From an uncultured Armatimonadetes bacterium (GTDB lineage: Bacteria > Armatimonadota > UBA5829 > DTJY01), in contig OY970325.1 in NCBI GenBank assembly GCA_963717145.1, positions 3,104,001-3,168,000 of the forward strand: a DNA stretch of 64,000 nucleotides, written 5' to 3'. A model generated the notes under the pieces. That model was not told the origin of the DNA. It worked only from the letters and a program-made list of their open reading frames with translations, and searched no databases. Position numbers and translations under genes: made by a program. This document shows, one piece after another, positions 8,294-16,530 of this stretch; position 1 is the stretch's first letter, and each line of letters starts with the position of its first letter.

Positions 8294-10771
8294 ATGACAG
8301 AGACGTTCGAGTACGACGTATTCCTGAGCCATAGCTCGAAGGACAAGTCGGTTGTGCGCAAGCTTGCCAAGCGGCTGAAGAAGGACGGACTGCGCGTCTG
8401 GTTCGACGAATGGGAGATCAAGCCAGGGGACCCTATCTCCCTGAAGATCGAGCAGGGACTGGAGCGGTCGCGCACGCTCATCCTGTGCATGTCGAAGAAC
8501 GCCTTCGCGTCGGAGTGGGTTACCCTCGAGCGCCACACCACCCTGTTCCGCGATCCCGCGAACGCCGATCGCCGATTCATCCCCCTGCGTCTCGATGATT
8601 CCGAGATCAGAGAGACGCTCAGGCAGTTCGCATATATGGACTGGCGGGAGGAGTCGGAAGAACAGTATGCGCGGTTGCTGGCGGCGTGCAAACCCGCATC
8701 GTCCGAGATTGTGCCTTCAGCCCGAGAAGGGGAAGAATCCGCGCCATCTAGAGTCCTTCTGGGTCATACCAAGGCTCTGAACTGCGTGGTCGTCACGCCG
8801 GACGGTCGAACAGCGGTCTCCGGCTCCGATGACAAGACCGTCCGGGTGTGGGATCTCGAGGCAGGTAGGCTCACCGCCACCCTGGAGGGACATACCGGCG
8901 AGGTATGGGGAGTAGCCGTGACCCCGGACGGACGGCTCGCGGTCTCCGGCTCTTATGACAACACCGTCCGGGTGTGGGATCTTGAGGCAGGCAGGCTTGC
9001 CGCCACCCTGAAGGGGCATACCCGCGCGGTATGGGGCATGGCCGTGACGCCGGACGGTCGAACAGCGATCTCCGGCTCTGTGGACAAGACCGTCCGGGTG
9101 TGGGATCTCGAGGCAGGCAGGCTCACCGCCACCCTGGAGGGGCATACCGACCGGGTATACGGTGTGGCCATGACGCCGGACGGTCGAACAGCGGTCTCCG
9201 GCTCTAGCGACGACACCGTCAGGGGCTGGGATCTCGAGGCAGGCAGGCTTACCACCACCCTGAAGGGGCATACCGAGCGGGTGTGGGGTGTGGCAGTGAC
9301 GCCGGACGGTCGAACAGCGGTCTCCGGCTCTGTGGACAAGACCGTCCGGGTGTGGGATCTCGAGGCAGGCAGGCTCACCGCCACCCTGGAGGGGCATACC
9401 GGCGCGGTATACGGTGTGGCCGTGACTCCGGACGGTCGAACGGCGGTCTCCGGCTCCACCGACGAAACCGTTCGGGTGTGGGATCTCGAAGCGGGCAGGC
9501 TCATCGCCACCCTGGAGGGACATACCGGCGCGGTATACGGTGTGGCCGTGACTCCGGACGGTCGAACAGCGGTCTCCGGCTCCACCGACGACACCGTCCG
9601 GGTGTGGGACCTGCCGCCCATGGGCACGGCACCCACGCAGGAAGCCGATACCCCGCGCTACACCAACGCTAAGGTGCTGCTTGTAGGCGAAAGCGGCGTA
9701 GGCAAAACGGCGTTGTCAATCCGACTCACGGAGAACAGGTTCGAACCCGCAACCAGTTCGACGGATGCAGTGAGGGCGAAGCGCCCTGACTGGGCAACGC
9801 AGCTGAAGCTACCGGGGGGTGATGCGAGAACTGGGATCGAGCGCGAGATCTGGCTCTGGGATTTCGCGGGGCAGGCGGACTACAGGCTCATCCACCAGCT
9901 CTACATGGACGAAACGGCACTTGCGGTACTTGTCTTCAACCCGCAGAGCGAGAACCCGTTCGAGGGCTTGGGCCAATGGGACCGCGACCTACGGCGTGCC
10001 GCGCGGAGATCATTCGGGAAGCTGTTAGTCGCAGGCAGGTGTGATCGCGGCGCTCTTATGGTCAGCCGAGAAAGCGTTGAGCGCTTCCAGACCGACAGAG
10101 GATTCGCCGATTACATCGAAACCAGCGCACTGCGCGGCACCGGCTGCGACCGACTCCGGCAGGCAATCGTCGACCATATTCCATGGAATGATATCCCATG
10201 GACAGCCTCGCCGCGGATCTTCCGCCTGCTTAAGGAAGAGATCGTTAGGCTGAAGGACGAAGGCAAAGCACTCCTGAGAATGGCAGAGCTGAGGCAACAA
10301 CTCGAAATGCGTCTGCCGCGAGAGGTTTTCACGCCAGAGCAGTTGCGCGCCGTCGCGGGCCTGCTTGCCGGACCCGGCGTTGTCTGGCAACTGGAGTTCG
10401 GCGACTTCGTACTCCTCCAGCCCGAGCGCATTAACTCCTACGCGGCCGCCGTCATCCGATCCGTCCGCGCCCACACAGAAGAGATCGGCTGTATAGCCGA
10501 AGAGGATGTGCTGGCCGGACGGCTCGACTACCAGGATGTGGACCGACTCCCCCCAGAGGAAGAGCAGATCGTGCTACGAGCGATGCACCAGACCTTTGTG
10601 GACCACGGGTTATGCCTGCGCGAGCACACCGATCAGGGCACACTTCTTATCTTCCCGAGCTACTTCAAGAGGGAGCGGCCGGAGTTGGTGGGGCATCCTG
10701 CCGAGTTTGTGACCTACCAGTTCAACGGAGCACTCGACGAGATCTACTACTCTGGTCGTCAGACTCCATAG
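8294..10771 (+). CDS. TIR-WD40(x7)-Roc GTPase-COR protein (prokaryotic Roco), N-terminal part
   Basis: TIR YDVFLSHSSKDK...VWFDEWEIKPGD...SEWVTLE; seven GH...WD repeats; P-loop GESGVGKT; WDFAGQ. Confidence 0.9.
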   Translation: MTETFEYDVFLSHSSKDKSVVRKLAKRLKKDGLRVWFDEWEIKPGDPISLKIEQGLERSRTLILCMSKNAFASEWVTLERHTTLFRDPANADRRFIPLRLDDSEIRETLRQFAYMDWREESEEQYARLLAACKPASSEIVPSAREGEESAPSRVLLGHTKALNCVVVTPDGRTAVSGSDDKTVRVWDLEAGRLTATLEGHTGEVWGVAVTPDGRLAVSGSYDNTVRVWDLEAGRLAATLKGHTRAVWGMAVTPDGRTAISGSVDKTVRVWDLEAGRLTATLEGHTDRVYGVAMTPDGRTAVSGSSDDTVRGWDLEAGRLTTTLKGHTERVWGVAVTPDGRTAVSGSVDKTVRVWDLEAGRLTATLEGHTGAVYGVAVTPDGRTAVSGSTDETVRVWDLEAGRLIATLEGHTGAVYGVAVTPDGRTAVSGSTDDTVRVWDLPPMGTAPTQEADTPRYTNAKVLLVGESGVGKTALSIRLTENRFEPATSSTDAVRAKRPDWATQLKLPGGDARTGIEREIWLWDFAGQADYRLIHQLYMDETALAVLVFNPQSENPFEGLGQWDRDLRRAARRSFGKLLVAGRCDRGALMVSRESVERFQTDRGFADYIETSALRGTGCDRLRQAIVDHIPWNDIPWTASPRIFRLLKEEIVRLKDEGKALLRMAELRQQLEMRLPREVFTPEQLRAVAGLLAGPGVVWQLEFGDFVLLQPERINSYAAAVIRSVRAHTEEIGCIAEEDVLAGRLDYQDVDRLPPEEEQIVLRAMHQTFVDHGLCLREHTDQGTLLIFPSYFKRERPELVGHPAEFVTYQFNGALDEIYYSGRQTP
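8756..9612 (+). repeat. Seven near-identical 126-bp WD40 coding repeats
   Basis: Recurrent ACGCCGGACGGTCGAACAGCGGTCTCCGGCTC and ACCGTCCGGGTGTGGGATCTCGAGGCAGGCAGGCTCACCGCCACCCTG at 126-bp period. Confidence 0.9.
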
Positions 10772-10775
10772 CACA

Positions 10776-11633
10776 TTGGCTTTCGAGCGTGACCAGCTCT
10801 GGCACTTTGCCGCGGATATGAGAACGCAGGACGACAAACGCCTTGGCTTCAAGATGAGCAAGAAGGCCGAAGGTGCTGCGGAACTCGCCGTGTATTTCGA
10901 TCCAGGCATCTCGGATGACACCAAGGTTACGTTCATCAAGTATGTACACGAGCATCTGCTTGAGAGGGCCCACGATGTCGTTCGCCTCCGACATTACGTC
11001 TGCCCAAACTGCCACAAGGCTGTGAAGGATAGTGAAGCCGCCTGGGAGCGGCTGAACAGCGGCAAGAAGGACATTCTGTGCGTCAACTGCGAGAAGCGCG
11101 TGCCCTTATGGGATTTGATCGAGAAGAAGTTCGCTTCGGAGGAGTCCCAGCGAAAGGTACGTAGGTTGGAGGAGGAGGCTAAGAGGGCAACCGACAATGA
11201 GAGCCTCGAACTGATCCTGGTAGGACATGCGTTCTCGATCGCCGGAGAGGCAGGGCAGATCTTCAGGCCCACTCCGAACTCCGACTGGGGTATCGACGGC
11301 GAAATCGAGTTCAAGGATTACGATGGGAAGGCGAGTGGACAACGGGTTTACCTCCAGCTGAAGTCGGGCGACTCATACCTACGCCAGCTTCGCCGTGACG
11401 GCACGGAAGTCTTCACAATCAATAAGCCGCGGCACGCCGATTACTGGCAGAAGCAGGCCTACCCCGTGATGCTGGTCGTCCGTACCTCCGACGGAAGAAT
11501 CCGCTGGATGAACGTGACCGAACGCCTGGAGAGTCTGGGGGCCTACACAAAGCAGATCGAATTCGACGGCGAGCCGTTCACGGCGCTGAACCTCCAGCGG
11601 ATGCGGGACAAGCTCGTCGGCCTGCCGGGGTAG
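10776..11633 (+). CDS. C-terminal part of the Roco protein: COR end, Zn-ribbon, DUF4365-like PD-(D/E)XK domain
   Basis: Frame is open upstream (TTLVVRLHSTLAFER); CPNC...CVNC; DWGIDGEIEF...YLQLKS. Confidence 0.8.
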   Translation: MAFERDQLWHFAADMRTQDDKRLGFKMSKKAEGAAELAVYFDPGISDDTKVTFIKYVHEHLLERAHDVVRLRHYVCPNCHKAVKDSEAAWERLNSGKKDILCVNCEKRVPLWDLIEKKFASEESQRKVRRLEEEAKRATDNESLELILVGHAFSIAGEAGQIFRPTPNSDWGIDGEIEFKDYDGKASGQRVYLQLKSGDSYLRQLRRDGTEVFTINKPRHADYWQKQAYPVMLVVRTSDGRIRWMNVTERLESLGAYTKQIEFDGEPFTALNLQRMRDKLVGLPG

Positions 11634-11657
11634 GTATTCCAGCAGGCCGGACTGCGC

Positions 11658-13001
11658 TTACACCTGATCGGTGGCCTTGCGGGGGGCGGTGACCGTGCGG
11701 TGGCGCGGGAGTCCCTTGCAGAGCGCCTTGCCCCGGCCGATGTACCGGTAGCTGAGGTTCACCAGCAGGCGCGGGATGATCTTGCCTCGCAGGGTGCACG
11801 CCCGCCACAGGATCGACTGGATCGAGTAGAAGCTCCGGTAGGTCGCCCGCTGGCCGGCGCGAAGCTCCTCCGCGGTCATGTTCTTCGGCTCGAACGCGAC
11901 GTTGCTCATCGTGTAGTGCGACCAGTCCCCATCCGTGATCCTGCCCGCATCCTCGAGTTCGCGGCGGGAGACCGTGCCGGGGAACGGGGTCAGCACCGAG
12001 AACTGCGCGGCGGCGAGCTTGTGCTTCTTCGCGAAGTCGGCCGTCCGCTTGAAGACCTCCTGCGTGTCCCCATCGAGCCCCAGCACGAACGACCCGATGA
12101 TCTCGATCCCCGCGCGGTGGATCTTGCCGATCGCGTCGCCGATGTCGAGCCCGATGTTCGGCCGCTTCGAAGTGGCGCGGAGGTTCTCCTGCGAGACGGA
12201 CTCCAAGCCGACAAACAGCGCCTGGCAGCCGCTTCGGACCGCGAGCTTCATCAGTTCGGGGTCCTTCGCCATGCTCAGGTCGCCCTGCCCCACCCACTTG
12301 ATCTTCAGCGGGATGAGCGCCTCGAAGAGTGCCTTCGCGCGCTTGGGTGAGCCGACGATGTTGTCATCCACGAAGCCGATCCAGCCGCCCAGGGACTTGA
12401 CCTCCGCGATGACCTCGGGAATCGGACGGAAGCGGTACTTCTTGCCGGAGATCGCGGTCACGGAGCAGAAACTGCAGCCGTTCGGGCATCCGCGCGCGGT
12501 CTGCACGTTGTTCAGCGTGAGGTATCGCTCGCCCCTGAGGAGATCGCGCCGTGGGAGCGGCATGTCCTCCATGGTCGCGAGCCCGCAGTTCTCGTAGCGC
12601 GGCTTCAGTCGGTTGGCTTCGAGATCGTCGAGGATCATGTGCCAGACCGGCTCGGCCTCCCCGACCACGACTGCGTCGGCATGCATCGCGGCCTCGTCGG
12701 GCAGGACGGTGGGATGGATGCCGCCCATCACGACGGGGATTCCGCGCCGTCGGAAGGCGTCCGCGATCTCGTAGGCCCTCGGCGCGGAGGCGGTCATGCA
12801 TGAGATGGCGACCCAGTCGGCGTCGGCTTCGAGGTCGGTCTTCTCGACGTTCTCGTCGATGAGCTGAACGTCGATGTGCGAGGGAGTCATTCCGGCGATC
12901 AGAGGGAGCGCAAGCGGTGGGGCGAGAACCTTTCCGCCCTGCCACCAGGTGTGCGTCCACGAGGGAGATATAATAAGGAGCTTCGGTCTCCTATCGGTCA
13001 T
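11658..13001 (-). CDS. B12-binding-domain radical SAM protein
   Basis: VVMGGIHPT cobalamin-binding motif; QTARGCPNGCSFC CxxxCxxC; FVDDN; GLES. Confidence 0.9.
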   Translation of the reverse strand: MTDRRPKLLIISPSWTHTWWQGGKVLAPPLALPLIAGMTPSHIDVQLIDENVEKTDLEADADWVAISCMTASAPRAYEIADAFRRRGIPVVMGGIHPTVLPDEAAMHADAVVVGEAEPVWHMILDDLEANRLKPRYENCGLATMEDMPLPRRDLLRGERYLTLNNVQTARGCPNGCSFCSVTAISGKKYRFRPIPEVIAEVKSLGGWIGFVDDNIVGSPKRAKALFEALIPLKIKWVGQGDLSMAKDPELMKLAVRSGCQALFVGLESVSQENLRATSKRPNIGLDIGDAIGKIHRAGIEIIGSFVLGLDGDTQEVFKRTADFAKKHKLAAAQFSVLTPFPGTVSRRELEDAGRITDGDWSHYTMSNVAFEPKNMTAEELRAGQRATYRSFYSIQSILWRACTLRGKIIPRLLVNLSYRYIGRGKALCKGLPRHRTVTAPRKATDQV

Positions 13002-13170
13002 ATGCTATTGCCCAACCTTCCTTGGCGAATCCGTGCCTGCCTGGCAGTCGCCTAAGGCGCGGTTGATTGCCGCGGTCGGGCTACAAGCATCATCAAAGCC
13101 AATTGAAGCATAGCACATTCCACGGCCCGACGCAAGGAATATGTTACCCACAGCGAGCGGATCTAATCCT

Positions 13171-13265
13171 CGGTATGGAGTGCGATGGCTCGACACGACG
13201 GAGGGACCGGAGGGCGTCGAGCCGCCCGCGACCAAAGCGATGTCGAGCCATCGCACTCCATACCG
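13171..13265. repeat. REP-like doublet with perfect 25-bp inverted repeats (CGGTATGGAGTGCGATGGCTCGACA)
   Basis: 13171-13195 is the exact reverse complement of 13241-13265. Confidence 0.8.
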
Positions 13266-13325
13266 GGCCTCGACCGCATGTGGGATGTGTGCTATCATGC
13301 CTGAGTAGAATCGGAGGAACCGCAC

Positions 13326-14501
13326 GTGTCTGTGACATCCAAGATCAGCAAACCGTCGCTAAGAAGATTCGACTTCGAGGCCCTTGTGAGGATCGGCCCG
13401 CTGGAGACAGTGAGGCGCGGACGACTGTACTACGCCCAGGGGCGCGCCACGGTCGAACATGCGGATGATGAGAAAGCCACCATCCAGGTCGACGGCAGTC
13501 AGGAGTACCCCTATGAGGTGAACGTCTGGCTGGATGATCTCTATCCCGAGCGGCGGGTCCATGCGCAATGCGATTGCCCGCACGCAGAGAATCAGCCCGG
13601 AGTGATGTGCAAGCACAAGGTCGCCGGCTTCCTCGCGCTGTACCACTACTACCGGACCCAGCGCAAGGTGCACTGGGCGGACATGATGCAGAGAGTCCTG
13701 GAGGCCGCCGAGATACCTCAGAAGAGCCGCGCCGAAAGCATCGTGTTCTTCAACCTGCTCAATTGGGGAGGCCGCTACCAGATACACCCCTACATGCTGC
13801 CGGTGAAATCCTTCACCGATGCGGCCATCGGCGACAGGGATGCGATGGCCGCCGAGATCCTCCGTATGGGTCTGGGAAGGAAAGCCCGCCGCGTACAGGG
13901 CACGCGAGGGCTTGGGAAGGCCGTATCGGCATCACCCGGCGAGATCGCCGCCGCCGGGATGCTGGCGGATTCGTGGCGGTATTATTCCGACATGTCGCTG
14001 AATGTCGTGCTGCCATTGCTCACGGACAGTATCGTCCTCACCGGGAACCACAATGCGGAGTTGAAGAAACAGGTGAGAGTCTCCACCGCTCCGGAACACC
14101 TCGATCTGGAGATCCAACGCCAGGACGGCGACCTGAAGATGATCGCATCGCTGTCATTCCAGGGCGCAAAACTCCCGTTGACTTCCATACGGCCGCAGAT
14201 CATCGAGAAGTCGCCGATGTGGTTGCTGACCGAATCGACGGTCTTCCCGGTGGAGGGCGAGTTCGCGCTCGTCGAGACGTTCCTCAAGCACCCGGAGATC
14301 GTCATCCCGGAGGCCGATGCGGACAGGTTCGTCGACGAGTACCTGCTTCCGATTGTGGAGCGTGTGTCCGTCAAGCTGGACGGCGTCGGCGAATGGCGGG
14401 ACGTCAGTGCGGAGCGGTCCCCGAGTATACTTGAAGGAGTCTCAAGGCGAGTTGGGGGCCGAGCTTCGGTTCGGCTACGACACATTCGAGGCGACGTTTG
14501 A
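13326..14501 (+). CDS. SWIM zinc-finger N-terminal part of an SNF2 helicase (frameshift ~14415-14425)
   Basis: RGRLYYAQG, CDCP...CKH SWIM motif; joins the downstream frame PRVYLKE. Confidence 0.8.
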   Translation: MSVTSKISKPSLRRFDFEALVRIGPLETVRRGRLYYAQGRATVEHADDEKATIQVDGSQEYPYEVNVWLDDLYPERRVHAQCDCPHAENQPGVMCKHKVAGFLALYHYYRTQRKVHWADMMQRVLEAAEIPQKSRAESIVFFNLLNWGGRYQIHPYMLPVKSFTDAAIGDRDAMAAEILRMGLGRKARRVQGTRGLGKAVSASPGEIAAAGMLADSWRYYSDMSLNVVLPLLTDSIVLTGNHNAELKKQVRVSTAPEHLDLEIQRQDGDLKMIASLSFQGAKLPLTSIRPQIIEKSPMWLLTESTVFPVEGEFALVETFLKHPEIVIPEADADRFVDEYLLPIVERVSVKLDGVGEWRDVSAERSPSILEGVSRRVGGRASVRLRHIRGDV

Positions 14502-16530
14502 CGAATCGCTCCCCAAGCTCAGCTTCGGTCGCGGCTCGGAGATGCTCGAGTTGTTCCGAGTACACCGGGATCCGGACGCCGAGCGCCAGGCATGGAAAGC
14601 GCTGTCCTCACATGGCCTGAAGCGCTCACTCGATGGCCGGACCTTTGTCTTGCGGCAGAACGTGAGCGCGGTCGACTTCCTGATACATCGCGTGCCGGCG
14701 CTCTCGATGGCGGGCTACGAAGTGTATGGCGAGGAGGACCTGAAGTCCGTGCGGGTGAACCGCAACCGGCCGAAGGTCTCGCTCTCGGTCTCGTCGGGGA
14801 TAGACTGGTTCGACGTGCAGGCGGTGGTAAGCTTCGGCGACCTGGAGGTCCCGATGGCGGCGCTACGTCGGGCGGTGAAGAAGCGCGAGAAGTACATCAA
14901 GCTCGCGGACGGGTCGATAGGCGAGGTCCCGGAGGAGTGGGCCCGGCAGTACCGGCATCTCTTCGAACTCGCCGGTGAGTCGGAGGGCGGCGTCCGGCTC
15001 ACGAAGTCCCAGGTCATGCTGCTCGATCAGGCTCTCTCGGAGGCGGATTCCGCCGAGGTCGACGAGGAGTTCGAGCGCCAACGTTCGAGGCTCAAGGATT
15101 TCGCGCAGATCGAGTCGAAGCCGCTGCCGGATGGTCTCTGCGGCGAACTGAGACACTACCAGAAAGCCGGCTACGACTGGCTGCATTTCCTGCACGAGTT
15201 CGAGTTCGGCGGCTGTCTGGCCGACGACATGGGGATCGGGAAGACGGTTCAGGCGCTCACCCTCCTGCAGTCACTGCGGGAGAGCGGCCATGCGAAGTCA
15301 GCCGACCTGATCGTGATGCCGCGATCGCTCCTGACGAACTGGGAGCGGGAGGCGGCCAGGTTTGCGCCGAGCCTCAAGGTCCACATGTACGCCAACCTCG
15401 ACCGGATACGCGATGTCTCGGAGTTCGAGAGATACGACCTGGTGCTGACGACATATGGCCTGATGCGCCGCGACATCGACATCCTGAGCAAGTACCGCTT
15501 CCACTTCGTGGTGCTAGATGAATCGCAGGCGGTGAAGAATCCTCTGTGCCAGACCGCGAGGGCGGCTCGCATGCTCGAGTGCGACCATCGGCTCGTGTTG
15601 ACGGGAACGCCGGTGGAGAACTCGACGACCGAGCTTTGGTCGCAGTTCGCATTTCTGAACCCCGGCATGCTCGGCTCGCTCGACTACTTCAAGAGGGAGT
15701 TCGTGAACCCGATCGAGCGCCATCAGGACGACGAGACCGCGCGATGTCTTCGTTCGCTGGTGTATCCGTTCATCCTGCGCCGAACCAAGAGCCAGGTCGC
15801 CCCCGAACTCCCGGCACGGACCGAGCGGATCGTCTACTGCGACATGGACCCGGTCCAGCAGAGGACTTACGACCGGCGGAGGGACGAGTATCGCGCCCTG
15901 CTCCTCGGAATGATCGACAGCGGAGGAATGAATAACGCGCGGATGAAGATCCTGGAGGGGCTGCTCCGCCTGCGCCAGATATGCGACCATCCGGTGCTGG
16001 CGGACAAGAGTTATAGGGGCGAGTCGGCGAAGATCGAGGTCCTAATGGAGACGCTGGAGACGCTCCGAGCGGAGAACCACAAGGCGCTGGTGTTCTCGCA
16101 GTTCACGCAGATGCTCAAGCTGATCAGGAACGACCTGGATATGCGCGGCATCCCCTACCTCTACCTCGATGGGAAGACGAAGGACCGCCAGGCGTTGGTC
16201 GACCGATTCCAGCAGGACGCGGAGATCCCGTTCTTCCTGATCAGCCTGAAAGCCGGCGGCGTGGGACTGAACCTGACGGCGGCGGATTACGTGATACACG
16301 TGGACCCATGGTGGAATCCGGCGGTCGAGGCTCAGGCGAGCGACCGGACCCACCGCATCGGCCAGGAGAACCCCGTCTTCATCCACAAGCTGATCGCGCG
16401 CGGCACGGTCGAGCAGAAGATGATCGAGCTTCAGGACCGGAAGCGCGACCTCGTGGACAAGCTGATCAGCACCGAAGGCAGCTTCTTCAAGTCGCTCACT
16501 GCCGAGGACGTCCGCGATCTGTTCAGCTAG
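14317..16530 (+). CDS. SNF2/SWI2-family DEAD/DEAH helicase (C-terminal part)
   Basis: LRHYQKAG, GCLADDMGIGKTVQ, VLDESQAVKN, LTGTPVEN, FSQF, ISLKAGGVGLNLTAAD, DPWWNP, QASDRTHRIGQ. Confidence 0.93.
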   Translation: MRTGSSTSTCFRLWSVCPSSWTASANGGTSVRSGPRVYLKESQGELGAELRFGYDTFEATFDESLPKLSFGRGSEMLELFRVHRDPDAERQAWKALSSHGLKRSLDGRTFVLRQNVSAVDFLIHRVPALSMAGYEVYGEEDLKSVRVNRNRPKVSLSVSSGIDWFDVQAVVSFGDLEVPMAALRRAVKKREKYIKLADGSIGEVPEEWARQYRHLFELAGESEGGVRLTKSQVMLLDQALSEADSAEVDEEFERQRSRLKDFAQIESKPLPDGLCGELRHYQKAGYDWLHFLHEFEFGGCLADDMGIGKTVQALTLLQSLRESGHAKSADLIVMPRSLLTNWEREAARFAPSLKVHMYANLDRIRDVSEFERYDLVLTTYGLMRRDIDILSKYRFHFVVLDESQAVKNPLCQTARAARMLECDHRLVLTGTPVENSTTELWSQFAFLNPGMLGSLDYFKREFVNPIERHQDDETARCLRSLVYPFILRRTKSQVAPELPARTERIVYCDMDPVQQRTYDRRRDEYRALLLGMIDSGGMNNARMKILEGLLRLRQICDHPVLADKSYRGESAKIEVLMETLETLRAENHKALVFSQFTQMLKLIRNDLDMRGIPYLYLDGKTKDRQALVDRFQQDAEIPFFLISLKAGGVGLNLTAADYVIHVDPWWNPAVEAQASDRTHRIGQENPVFIHKLIARGTVEQKMIELQDRKRDLVDKLISTEGSFFKSLTAEDVRDLFS

